A stretch of DNA of 63,688 nucleotides, counting the filler, from Reclinomonas americana ATCC 50394 (taxonomy: Eukaryota), in NCBI GenBank assembly GCA_048213135.1. It is 14 parts of 14 records of this genome, joined end to end, with 100 filler letters (N's around TTAATTAATTAA, not from the genome) between each part and the next. Parts side by side here need not be neighbours in the genome. Positions count along the whole stretch, not along the records: positions 18,581 to 20,555 come from AFZH01020930.1; positions 20,656 to 21,862 come from AFZH01020931.1; positions 21,963 to 23,925 come from AFZH01020932.1; positions 24,026 to 30,760 come from AFZH01020933.1; positions 30,861 to 37,380 come from AFZH01020934.1; 9 more parts are not named here. The stretch is one strand, 5' to 3'. The number at the start of each line of letters is the position of its first letter. Within the stretch, counting starts at the first letter, position 1. The notes below the pieces were generated by a model. The model searched no databases. It worked only from the letters and a program-made list of their open reading frames with translations, and was not told the DNA's origin. Shown here piece after piece: positions 18,837 to 31,937 of this stretch. Position numbers and translations under genes: made by a program.

Positions 18837-18890
18837 GCAGTGCGCAGCGATGGCGACGGAACTGACGACGGGACGATGACGACGTTGTTT

Positions 18891-20487
18891 TTACAATGAA
18901 CTTTGCACGGTCTTCCACAGACCGCGCTGCCGCATCTCCTTTTCCTTTTCGGAACCGCGTATCCACCCAGCATGCGAGATCACGCGGCGCTCCTCGGCAG
19001 CGTAGTGCCTGCCTTGGAGTTGGTCGAGCAGGTCGAAGCCTGGCAGGTTGTTGGCCAGTCGACCGTCCACGATCTCCAGCAGCAGGCCTTCGCGCACATG
19101 CAGATCCTGTCAAGAGCGACGTAAGTGACACTCTCGTCGTGGACGCGATCACGGGGGGCGAACGAGCAGCGCACCGCTAGCGTGTTGAACAGCTGTTGTT
19201 CCCAGGTCAGCCGACCCTCCAACCCCCACGACAGCACGTCCACCATCTGCCACCCGAAGCACTTTTCAGCGGCCGCACACATTGCTGAAGAGATAGGCAG
19301 TCGCAACTTGTGCCAGCAGATTAATTACGCGGGCGGTGGGCTGCGCCAACCAGATGCCGGTCGACGCGCAGTACGTGACCGGGAACGTGGGGCAGTACCT
19401 GTACTGCTGCAGTGGACAGTACTGATAGTACATGTACCTGGTGGAAAGAGCGCGAGTCAGGCGCCACACCTCGCTGCACGAAACGATGCGTGCGACACAC
19501 AGACCACGGTCGCCGAATGCGATCCAGACGCGACTTCTGCCACCAGTGTGGGGTGAGATTGCCGTCGAGCACATCGGTAATCATCTGCATCTCGGCCACA
19601 GCCACCGGCGCTCCGCCCTGGTCGTACCAAAAGAGGTGCTGCAGTGGATCCTTGTGCGTCGCCACGTCCAAGTCCAGGAACAGTGCTTGCATGCCGGCGC
19701 GCACGATCGCCAACCCGTACAGCCACTTGATGTTGACGGCCGCCTGCGAAAACTTTTCGGTGAACAGATAGCCCGTCCACCCGATACGATCCGTCCACAG
19801 GTACTCGGCGGGCACGCCACGGTTCTCCAGCGACGAGCACGTGGTGTCATCTGAGCACACGATCAGTGGTTTCATGCCGCGTCGACTTGTCCACGGCAGC
19901 ACCCACTCCAACCAGTTGTGCACCCAGGCATCGTATGTTCTGCGCGCACGACCGCATTAGCTACTCGGAAACGCACACAGACACAGTGAACGGTTGACGA
20001 AACGCCTTGTCGGGATCAATGGTCACTGTGGTGAAGAGCACCACCTTGTCGAGACCGGCATGCTCCTCCAGTCGTTGCAGCAACGCGCTGTCCAGCTGGA
20101 TGCCGTTGGAGACATCCGAGCCAGCAGTCAGCAGCACCTGGCCCGGTGACAGCTGACGCGTGTGGAAATCATTCTCGAGGCGATTGCACTCGGGAAACCA
20201 CCCTGCTGGAGGCATGCCGAGATCCAGCTGCCCGCGTGGCACATGTCGCATCAATGACTGTGCGTACGAGCGATCACAATGTGTGAGAAGCGATGAGTGT
20301 GTGCGATGTGTGTGCGTGCACTCTGACGCACTTGTGTGCTGGTAACATCGCCGTCGATCGCGCCAACGCCTTTTCGCGACCACACCATGACGACGAGCAG
20401 GAGAACAGTGCATAGAGCGATGATTACTAGTGTGCGTCGACGCCTGCCTGTGCCCAAGGTGCGCATCAGCTGCGACACGAGTTGCAT
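18891..20487 (-). CDS. nucleotide-diphospho-sugar transferase (GT77-like), type II membrane protein
   Basis: N-terminal TM anchor (TLVIIALCTVLLLVVMVW), LFLDLDV DxD motif, CASTGIW, EQQLFN, and C-terminal HAGW..G..K..MR..GLW. Confidence 0.75.
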
Positions 20488-20655
20488 CGCGCGCTCGAGC
20501 GCGCACGATCACAGGACACCCACTGACGGACAGACAACTCTTTGCTTTCGTTCTANNNNNNNNNNNNNNNNNNNNNNNNNNNNNNNNNNNNNNNNNNNNT
20601 TAATTAATTAANNNNNNNNNNNNNNNNNNNNNNNNNNNNNNNNNNNNNNNNNNNN

Positions 20656-23600
20656 AGCGCATGTACTTGCACCAGTACATCGCTCGATTGCTGTGACTTG
20701 CGCAGTGAGTGCACCGGAAAAACCCAACAAATGTGCACCGCCTGCTATCCGCGCAACTGCATCCTTTGGCGGTACCTCGCGTGCATCCCACACAATGACG
20801 CGCAAATGGAACTCCTTTGGCGGCGGTCGCCGCAGCGGTCGCATGGGTATCCGGCGCGCCTCTTCCTCCGATAGAATATCCACCGCCAGCTCAATTGATC
20901 CCTGCCACACACATCCACGATTATTTGAGACTTCGCTGCAGTCCATGGACGACATCCACTAAAGCTGGATGCAGGCAGACCTGTGCGTGCAATGCCGTGG
21001 CGTTGACCAGCGGCCTCCTCTCGATCGGTTTGGTCGGCTCGTTGACCCATCGTTCGCTGTGACACACATAGATCAGTGCGCAGTTGACGCACGACATTGA
21101 TCAGTTCACGGGTACGCACCTGAAAATCCTATTCTCCAGATCAATGTCGGTTACACCAATCATGTCATCGAACTGAATCGAGGGGAACTCGTGATCCCAC
21201 ACTTGCACGCGCAAATTCTCGCCTGCACCGATGTAGTAAGTCAGTGAGGCGAGCTGCATCGATCATCCATCCACCCACGATACACGAACCAGGAATGACG
21301 GCTTTCAGCTCGCAGCTGGTGTAGAAATCGGGATCCAGCGTGCGCTGCATGTGCTGCTCGCGCAGCACCACCTTGTGACCTGTAAATCTCGGTGGTTGAG
21401 CTCGATCCATCACAGGAAAGCAGCGATAGCACCCTTGCTCTTACCATCGCCTTTGCCGTCACCCGTGAGGAACACCAAGTAGGGGTCGGCCACACCGTCG
21501 GGCTTCGAGGGTTTGAGGTGCCACGCACGAATCACATGAATACGCACTCGATATCGCTTCGCCCGATACCGCTGCGCCAGTGGTCGGCGGTCGCGTGCAG
21601 CCAGAGCCAGCGCAGCAAGACCGGCACTCTCCTCCAGCCGAGTTACACGGAACGCAAGCTGCGTGTCAGGCGCATCAGCTGACCGGCTTCTCAAGCACGA
21701 ACACGCATCGCCGATTTTCCTTCGACTCACCTTGACCTTGCCGACAACTGCTCGGTTGCGCTCTGTTGGTACATATGTGGCATCCACACTGGCACGCATC
21801 TTTTGATAGAATCCGCGTTCCGTGTCTTCCCCGCTGAGAACGCGGTGTGAGTACGGCACACTNNNNNNNNNNNNNNNNNNNNNNNNNNNNNNNNNNNNNN
21901 NNNNNNTTAATTAATTAANNNNNNNNNNNNNNNNNNNNNNNNNNNNNNNNNNNNNNNNNNNNCAGAACCTGCAGCACGTTGTAGTCAAACGGATTCGGCA
22001 GCGGATCAGTGCTGAAACGCATGGGGTCCTGTGGCGGATCGCTTGTGGGACCTAGGTCTTGGTTGCGAGGGCCAGGATCCACTTGCATCTCCACAACAAT
22101 CGTGGGTCGCGATACAGTACGGCGAGTGATGGAGCCTGTCGACCGGTACGCAGCCATGTCACGCACACCGACAACATCAAGATCCACACGGCACCTCTGC
22201 ATCACAAGTACACACTCATATGTCACGCGACGAACAGCGATGTCAGTGTGAGAGAGGGACAAGCAGACGCACCGACATGGTTGGCCGAATGCTCTGTGGT
22301 GGCAGGCTACGCTGCGCCTGCTCAACCGGCAGCAGCTGGAACGAGCACAGCAGTTCACCACGAGGCGCACCCTCCAGCAACAATTGTCGCCTGTGCGTTG
22401 TCCGCTGAAATGAGTCCAAATGGAAGTTAAGCGAACGCACTCGCAAACCACACGCACCAATCGGGTCGCCCTTTGAAGCGCGCTGGCAACTCTCGAGGCC
22501 TGATCTGCAGCCGGCCCAACAGATCGTCCGGTCCGAATGTGTCCTCGTCAAACACCTGCGTGGCGCGGCGCATTTGTGAACAGCGAATCGAAATGAGGTC
22601 GCCGAACCTTGCGACTGCCATACCTCGACGCAAATCTCCGGCGCAGCATCCAGGTCGACCGGCAGCAGAACATCGGTGACAAGAATCTCGTACCTACACC
22701 GCACAATCAGTTATCAACACAAACACATGGCACTACAGAAATTCGTGCGCACCAGGTTGGACACAGGGAGCACGGAATCGTCCGCGTTCTCTTTTGTGGC
22801 GCAGAGCTGAACTTGATGCGCACATACGGGTCACTGCAGGAGCGCAACAGCGGTGAGCGCAATGGAACTTACAAGGACTATCACAGCATGACACTCTCTC
22901 TTTGACTCTCACCTCGTGCCACTCGAATCCTGCGCTGGCAGACCACGCGCCTGGATAAACGAATGCCTTTTCGTGAGACTTGCATTTGTGCGCATCACTG
23001 GCTGTCGTGCACCATCCACTCACCTGATAGATGAAAGCACGGAACTCGTACAATCGCTGCTGCATGTACTGGCGGGTGCTTGGTCGATGCAATGGCATCT
23101 CGCTCATGTGACCCATGATAGCACGGCAGAACAGATAGCCACTCAGCTCGTTCTTGCGATAGGCCGCCGACGCCTTGTCCGGCACAATCGGCTCCCACCG
23201 CAACGGGAACTTTTTGTTTCGATTCTCAAAGAAGATGTCCTTGGGCTAAAACACATTGATGTAGAACGTGTCACCACGCTGGTGCAACAAAGACACAATG
23301 GCGATAGCGCATTGCCATACCTTGAAGCGAATGAATCCGAGACGACTCTCGAATCCAATGCGCGACGTGAACACATGGATAATCACATCGGGCACATCCT
23401 CCAAGTCGGCAGGGTGCTCCGCTCGCAAAAAGTCAAACTCCTCCTGACTGAAATTGACGATTCCGTTCTGCAGCAGGCAAGTCAGGATCCCCCGCCACTC
23501 TCGTCGCTCAGACACGAGCAGCCGCAACTCGTGGTGTGCGGAACATGGAATGCTTCCGATCGGCACCCCACGTCACCTCCACACCGACACTGTCGAATGT

Positions 23601-23925
23601 GGTCGGAAAGCTGCGGCCACGGATAATGTCCACCCACAAAAAGTACGACTTCATGTCGGGCTCCTGGCACGAGTTGATGTGCTTGACAATGCACGGTGGA
23701 ACCTCTTCATCCTCGTCCTCATCCACTGGATCCGAGTGATCCATACCGAGCAGAATGCGGCCATAGTAGTCAATCGGCTCGAAATTCAACGCCTCCAGCG
23801 TCAACTTGCCCGTGCCAAACAATCTGCGACTCGGAAGACGTCAGGTTCTTGTCACCACCGCCGCTGCCACACGTGTAATGGCGCGCACCTGTCACGAATG
23901 TTGCGATGGTGGGGCAGTCCGTAAA
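20656..23925 (-). CDS. ferlin-like multi-C2-domain protein 1, partial, spans the linker at 21863
   Basis: YGRILL (FerB-like), YEFRAFIYQAR, VFDEDTFGPDDLLGR, RIHVIRAWHLKP..ADPYL, TLDPDFY, VWDHE..DDMIG.TDIDLENR, QGSIELAVDI, FHLRVIVWDAREV. Domain order is collinear across the two contigs. Confidence 0.85.
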
Positions 23926-24025
23926 NNNNNNNNNNNNNNNNNNNNNNNNNNNNNNNNNNNNNNNNNNNNTTAATTAATTAANNNNNNNNNNNNNNNNNNN
24001 NNNNNNNNNNNNNNNNNNNNNNNNN

Positions 24026-27000
24026 GTTGCAGGGATACTCGCTTCAGCTGCGCGTGTATGAGACAGCGACACCGTATCGGTGCGATTCTCTTTCCCTTTC
24101 TCCCTCATTCTGCGTCGCGTGTGTGAGGCATTTCCCTCATCGCATCGTGAGTACAGAAATCTCCTCATCGGAGGATGCGAGTTGAGAGTGGAGGACATTG
24201 TGGCTGGGTGTGGCACTGCCGACAAAAAGTGGGTGGCTCTCTTTGCCGACGCAGATACTGGCGATGTAGAAGCGGAGGCCGTCGCAGCTCAGCAGAAACC
24301 GCAGGTGACTCTCATGTGATTTCTCTCGGCTCCACCACTCGCACCGCCTCACATGTTAGAAACGCAGGGCTTTGTGCGTATCACTGTGCTGATCACGGAG
24401 CAGCTGGGAGGCGATGAGCTGTTCATCGACATGCTGGCCGACGACAGACAGGATGCTTCCGAAGTGGCTGACCTCGACATGGACACGCGACTGCAGTGCC
24501 TCAACTCGTCGCAGCTCGCCTTCCACTGGCACATCTTGCACTTTGTTATTCACGAAGCTCGACACATGCCCTACACTGGAGACGGTGAGGCGACGAGTCA
24601 CTTGCACTTCTCACGAACAACTCGCTGATTGATGCGATGGCAGGGCACGACGAGAGCAACGTGGCTGTGGATGTGACGTGGGAGTCCAACTTTGTCTCGA
24701 CGACACCGGTGTTGTGCGTGGACCGTGTGGCAAGTATCAGGCAGCAGCTGAACGTGCCCGTACTGCTGCCACACTTTGTGGACGTGGTGGAGATGCGCGT
24801 TCGTCAGCGCCATTCGGTGCTGGAGAAGATGCGCGCGACACGCATGACCGACATTGAGACGCTGGCTGTGGTGTATTTCAGCGTGGATCAAATCACCTCC
24901 AACCCCCTTGCACAGCAGCCGCACTGGGTGTCACTGTACGGATACCCGCTTGACCAGGCGTGGAGAGAGAGGTGTGTGTCTCTGCGGAAGTCGTGCTGCT
25001 GTGGTGAGTGACACAAATGAGTGACTGCTCTGCAGGCTGTTTCGGCAGCACCATGCTCGCCTAGAGTCCCTGATCGAGGCTCCGATGGAGTACTTCGGTC
25101 AGCTGTTGCTTTCGTTTGAGTCCTCCAAAGATCCGCGACCGCCAAATACGTTGTTGACTGTGAGCGTCGACGATCCCCTGTGACATGCACTCGCACCCGA
25201 TGTGACTCACGTGCGCCTTGCTGTTGCTGCAGAGTACGGTTGACAGAGTGGAACCGATACTGCAACCACGGGAGTTGCCGTACTTTCTGTCTGTGTACAT
25301 TGCACAGGGCATGAGCTTCCCGTCAGGCATGGACCGCGTCATGTTGGAGGTCAGCTGGGGCCACGAGAGAAAACAGTCGTCGTTGCGAAGTACCAGGGTG
25401 TGTTGAGCCTTCATTCTCTTCGCTGTGCGCACACTCTGCATCTCACACTTTGCTGCGCTACACAGCATGGCATCGTGGACTTTAGTGACCAGGATCTATC
25501 ACTACCGGACGTCATGTTTCCGTCGGACCGAGAGAGTACTCCCGACATCTTCATTCATGTGTATGCGGTGCGCATTGGATACCAGAGACGCATCGGCAGT
25601 GTGCGCATGAAGGTGTGAAGTTAACATTCCCGTGGAAGCTTGCATGGCTAGGCGATTTAATGTGTGCACATGCAAACAGGCGGCTGATGTGTGGTTCGAT
25701 CCGTGGGCGTCGCACCTGCGCCACCCAATCGTGTGGATTCCCGTACGCAGCGATCTGCTGCAAACGCAGGAAGACGACATGTCACTGTTGTCGACCGGGC
25801 ATGTGGCACCTGCGTACCTGTGCTGCAGAATTATGTGCGGGCATGCCAGACACTACGGAGCAGTTCCCCCACCATTGCCGCTGTATGCCACGCCGCAGTA
25901 CATGTACGACTTCCGGCTGCACGTCTACCAAGCGCGTGGTCTCTCGGCTGTGCTGGAGTGCGGCTTGAGTAACGCATTCGTGGAAATCAGCTTTGGGTGT
26001 GCCACTCAGAAGCGCACGCGTACCATTCCGCTGTCGCTCTACCCTTCGTGGTTCGAAACACTGCAGGCCGACGTGCTGTTGCCTCGTAACTTGGCCGATG
26101 CGCCGCCTGTGCACATCAATGTTGCGTTTGTTATTATGCAAGGGGTCTCCGTCACCTACACCTCGCTGATGACAATCAACGCAGGTGCTTCACGAGGACG
26201 TGTCTGGTGGTCATCGCTTGCTGCTCGGATCATTCACTGTTCAGGCTGCATCCTTGCCACGACGCTTCTCCGGAACACCGAGTTGGTGAGTGGTGGCGCA
26301 GAACGACAAGCAAGAAAAATGCAAACTCATTTATTCGGCGCTCGCTTGTCTCCTCGCAGGCGCACACTGCAGAGTCATCACAGCACGGGTGCTGGAGACT
26401 TGTTGTGTTCGTTCCAACTGATTCCGGTGGCAGAGGCGCGCCGTATTCGCCTGCCTAAAACCCTGCAGCCGCGCACAGTGGTCAGTGTCATTCACAGCAC
26501 ACTCCTTGCATCTAATGTTGTGTGACCTCACTGTATACCCACCCAATCGCAGCAATGTCGCGTGGAAATCGATGCCATTCGCCTGGTCGATATGAGATCA
26601 TACAGGAGGCATCAGCAGGATTTGGAGCGAGTCGGCGTCAGGAGACCATCGATCGAATTCGAAGTGCAGTGCGATCCGGGCGAGCGCGACCACAGATTAG
26701 CCCCGACTGATGACCCTCCCATTGCGCCCATCACTCGAGTTACCACGCCGACAACAGCCAAGTTTGCACACTTTGTGTTGCAGGTACGTAATCTGCAGCG
26801 ATATCATCATTCGCTTCTGAAGCTTATCGTGCACGCAGAGTATGTCGCTGGAGGCACCACTGCCAAAGAGCGGTCCATTCGAGACTTACTTGAAGGTGCT
26901 CGTGCGCGACACCGTCGACGGCTCCGTAGCAGCCGTGGGGTTTACGCGCCTACGGCACCCTCGTCAACAACACAACGAGGATCACACCGAAGCGGTAGAT

Positions 27001-29014
27001 ATCGACCTCGACTCACCACTCAATGCCGTGTCGCTCGACGAGACGACTCTTCTCGGCACCGCAGTGGATCGGCAAGTTGGAAGCGACTCACTGCAGGAGA
27101 TCCTTCGCCACGTCATACACGAAGTGGTGGCTGAAGATGCATACGGTATGCCGTCAGTGCCTTCCAAATTACCCGCTGTCGACCATTGACGAACGAATGT
27201 GTATGAATAACGCAGCACCACGTGCAATCGTGTCGACCCCTCTGGAGGCATCACCAGAGTGGCACTGCCCCGATCCACTGCAAACGATTCGCTTGTATCG
27301 GTATGTTGGTGATTCTCGAACTCCAGCATGCTAGCCGTTCATCGCGATTTACTGCTGTCTCCATCAGTGGCCTCCCCTACGACGGTGGTCACGGCGACAC
27401 TGAACGGCGCTCAGTGAATGCATTTCACTGTACGCTTCCACAACGCTTGGTGTCGGCTGGCGAGTTCAAGGTACGTGCGAGCGACTGAAAAATTGCTAGC
27501 TTGCAAAGTCATCACTGATATTCCGCACAGTGCTTGGTCCGCGTCACTCGACTATCAAGTCGACGGCCGTCTCCAGTTGATGCGCACTTGTCTGTGACTC
27601 CACTGACTGAGCGCTGGGTTCCTCGACTATATCAGGCGCGAATTCGCGTATTCCGTCTTGTCAACATTCGACCGCCATCCAACAGTTCGCCACTCGAATT
27701 GCGGCCGTACGTGCGCGTCATTGCCGGCGACGGAAGCACACCAGGTTCGTGTGCCTGTCTCTCTTGTCACCACTTGCTCCTCTCTCTCTCACATGCGACA
27801 TGCAGGCTCCACGGTGTATCTGCGTGAGCAGTCAGTGATGCCGGCCGAGACCACCAGTGAACACTCACCGCTGCTGACGGCCACTGTCTGTGTGCCGATC
27901 ATCTTGCCCGGCGAGCAGCTGCGTGTGGAGGTGGCCAGCAATTCGGACTTGCCGTACTCGGCTTTTGACGACCTGATTGGTGGCACAATCATCGAGCTGG
28001 AAGATCGCTTGCGCATGTTGCGTAGAGAGACTCTGACCTCTGTAATATTGCTTCTACTGACACACGAAACACGGCCACAGTGATAAATGGTGCGATGAAC
28101 TGCGAAAACCAGTCGAAGTGAGGCCACTGATCAACAAAACATCAAGAGAAGCCCAAGGAGCAATTGTGCTGGCCGTGGATGTGCTTCCACAAGCTGCGGC
28201 ACTGGCGGAATGGCCGACAACAGCCATCACTCCAGTCATGAGTGAGCTCTTCCACATTCGTCTCACCATCTGGTCGGTGCTCGATACGCCACTCGGACGG
28301 CAAGCGGTGCGTTGTGCACACTCCTCTACGCGGATGTGGCAGACCCGCTCACTGACTTGCCAACAACTGCATGCAGAGGTTGAGTGATGTATTTGTGCAA
28401 GGCAGTGCCATGTGGAACGGCGAGCAACACAGCACAGATGTGCACTTCGGCAGCGACGGCAACAGTGAATTCAACTACCGCCTTTGCTTCGAGTGCAAGT
28501 GGCCGAATGATGCCATTCGCGCGCGCCTCCGCGTCCAAGCGTGGGAACGTCAGTCGTGGTTGCGCTCGGCACTGCTTGGAGAGTGTGTGTTGGATCTCTA
28601 TCCCCTGTTGGAGAAGGTACTCCACACACACACACCCAATGCCACAAGCTGCACAAACTAACTCACTCGTGTGCGTGCAGATGGTCACCGACAGGCAACA
28701 GAAGAAAGAGCTGGATCACATCCGGCTACCACTACGACTTCCACGGCTGTCGCGCTCACAAGGCGTGGCAGTTGTTAGCCTGCAAATAGTGTCCGCTCGC
28801 GAACACCGAGAGCAACCAGGTGCGCGCAGACAGACTCCCGTCCATGTGCGCGTGGTGCGTGCACACAAGTAATACTCACTTCAACTGTGTGTGTGTGTGC
28901 GCAGTGGAAGACGGGCGCGACTCGGTCCCAACTCTGCAGGCACCGGACCGTGGAACAGCTCTCTGGTCGACCGCCAAGCGACTGCTGTCGTGCTGTGTTC
29001 GCCACCGTGCGTAA
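24026..29014 (+). CDS. divergent ferlin-like multi-C2-domain protein 2, 5' partial
   Basis: HWVSLYGYP, TPDIFIHV, YDFRLHVYQARGL..SNAFVEISF, LYPSWFETL, DDLIGGTIIELEDR, QGAIVLAVDV, HIRLTIWS, QHSTDVHFGSDGNSEFNYR. Confidence 0.8.
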
Positions 29015-29055
29015 AGATAAACAAGCCAATTATCCGTGTACACTGTCTGTCTGTC

Positions 29056-31759
29056 TCAGTCGTCAAAGTCGCCACCACCGTCGAAATCCTCATACCCATC
29101 CCCGTCAAATGCATCGTCACCACCACCACCACCACCACCACCAACATCGTCGCCTCCCATGTCGGCATCGTGACGATCCTCCTCTTCGTACACCATGTCT
29201 TGCTCTGCCTCGGCTTGCTGCCACGCCACTGTGCGCACACATGCACTGGTGAGAGAAGCGACGAGTGAACAGTGAAGAGAGGGGGAGGAGGATCGCAACT
29301 CTTGCCGAATGGTCCCTGGCGTGAGAGACCGACGCTGCTCACGCGGATGGCATCGGGATTGTCGACTGCAGAATGCGAAGCAGCCATGGCTGCCGCGGCC
29401 GCCGCCGCCGCTGCCGCACCAGACCCACCCGCGTGTGACGACGCCACGCTGTCGAACATGACACTGTCGGCACCGAGTGTCGCCAGCTTGTTGTAGTTCA
29501 GCTTGTTGGTCTTGGGACGGCGCGGTCCCACAGCCGATGGTGCACCGCCGCCGGCAGCCGAACCACCGGCAGCACCACCAGCGGCAACACCCTCGGCAAT
29601 CGCGGCAGCCGTCTTCCGTCGTTTCCGTGTCGGTGCTCCTGATTCACGTTCTGCGCGCAAAAATAACTCAGTCAATGTCAGCTGGTTGAAGGACAAAGAA
29701 GTGATCGCCAAACGCAACGCTGCTGCAGCCGCTGCAGAAAGTCGCCGTGCAGTGCGAGGATTAGTGCGAGCTTTGCATTGCGTTCTCGCTCGTCCAGGAA
29801 ATACTGGTCGAGACCCTCGTCGTCCTCCTCTGTCAGCTCCTCCGACAGCAGATGCCGTTGCGACTCCTGCGGTGGCCGTTGTTGCTGCAGCGCCGTGGCC
29901 TGCGTCTCTTCGTCGCTGTCGGCGAACGCCTCTTCTGCTTCGTCGTCATCCTTTGTCCGCGACGAGGCACCAAATCCGGAGGCTCTTGTCGCACTAGCAC
30001 CACCATCACCACTTCCTCGGCGACCAAAACGCGGTCCCCTCTCCTCCTCCTCGTCCTCCTCGTCTCCACCGTCGTCATCATCGCCGTCCTCGTCGCTGCT
30101 GGATGCAAACGGATTGTCGACCTCGTCGGTCTCACGGTTGCGCTTGCGTGATTTGGTGGCGGTGGAGAGGTCGCCCGCGGTCTCGCCACCGTCGCCCGTT
30201 GATTCACCCGTACCGCGTAACCTCGACAGCATGGAGGAGTACCGGCGCAACACATCGTGCACCTCCTTTTCCATGCGGGCTTGACTCGGATCGGTGACCT
30301 CCAGCTGCTGGTCGGCCATCTCCAGACTCAAGCGCACCAGCTCTGTCGGTCGACTGGCTCCAATCGAAAACCAACTCTCCACCACTCCTGCATCGCCGGC
30401 GGCCACAACTTGTGCCTACTCGTGCGCAACTGTCAGTGCGACCGACAACGCCAAAACAATCGAAAAAATGGCACGTGCCTGATCCATCTGAACCCTCTTT
30501 CGTCGTTCTTCACGCTGCAGCTCGCGTCGCAACACCGCAAACTCCGTACGTGCCATCAACGAGTGCTTCAGGTGGGAAGGAATGGCCGCCGCCGTCGGGA
30601 CACCCTCGTCGTCCACCACCCGAGCGCGCTTCTTCTTTTTCGGTGTTTTCTTCTCAGCGACCTTTGCGCCCGCCTGCTCGGCCGCTGCCCGTGGTGCTTC
30701 ACTCACACCCGTCTGTGTGGTTACGAGGGAGATGCAGGGAAAAAGCCAAACAATGGTGACNNNNNNNNNNNNNNNNNNNNNNNNNNNNNNNNNNNNNNNN
30801 NNNNTTAATTAATTAANNNNNNNNNNNNNNNNNNNNNNNNNNNNNNNNNNNNNNNNNNNNGGCGGCAGATTTAGGTGGTGATCGTGCATGAGCAACTCAC
30901 GCAGCTTGACGTACGTTGAACCGAGCACGTACAGGTTGGTCTGCGCCGCCACCATCTTAGCAACGAAAGAACACAAGCGCGCGCGCTGTGTCGCACCACT
31001 CACCGATGTGCACTCTGCGAAATCCAACAGCACGACTGGCGGCAGAGGCGTGGGTGAGTTGAGTGAATGACCCGACAGCATCTCGCGTCACACACACTAC
31101 GTACGTACCGCTGACATTCTCGACACGGCACGACATGTAGAGACACACAGCGGCCACAGTCTGGCTGTTGCGACCCTGCAGGAATCGCTTCTCCATGGCC
31201 AGGCGAAAGAAGCGCACCGCACGATCGACACGGCTCTCGGAGAAGGCCAGCAGTGCCGTGGCCCACCGTCGCATGTCGTCCTTGACTGAGAGAGCGTGGG
31301 GCGGAATGAGAGAGAGAGAGAGAGGCGAGAGGGAGGTGACAGCAAATCACACATGCTCACCTCGGTTCAGCGTCACCTGTCGACTCTCACTCAGCTCATG
31401 CTCGCCTGCAACAAAGAGAGTAAAAAAAACGATAGCCACAATGCTGGACTCATCAGTGCTGCACGCACTTGACTTGTGCACGTACTGGCCCTGCACAAAC
31501 GACTGGCCACCCGACGTCTCTCCAAACTGAATCTCTGACACAATCACATTGTCGTCGATGACCTGCACACGAGAGCGCGACGGGCGGGAAGGGGAGGGGG
31601 TGGAAGGGGTAAAGAGAGCGAGCACAATAGGGTTGGTGACGGGAGAGAGAGAGAGAGCGAGTGAGTTCGTGCGTGTGACTGCACCTGACCACATTCTGTG
31701 CACACGACTGCGCCCGACTCGAGAGTCTCCTTGTGGCGATGTGGACACTTGCCAGACAT
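29056..31759 (-). CDS. BRF1: TFIIIB subunit BRF1, spans the linker at 30761
   Basis: Zn ribbon CPH..VCTECG, IVSEIQFGE, QGRNSQTVAAVCLYMSCR, LLDFA..NLYVLGSTY, and C-terminal block EDDEGLDQYFLDERE..K...TNKLNYNKL. Confidence 0.9.
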
Positions 31760-31937
31760 GGCTTCACACTCACTTCACTCGTCGTGCTGGTCTTGTCTCT
31801 ACGCTACGCTCTTATCTCTTGATCGATTGATTGATGGTTCACGCGCTTTTTGTTCATTGTGACATCGACTCTCTGTTGAGTGCAACCCAGAGCGTGCGTG
31901 CCAACGGCGGTGTGATCTGTGCGTCGCCGTCCAGGGA

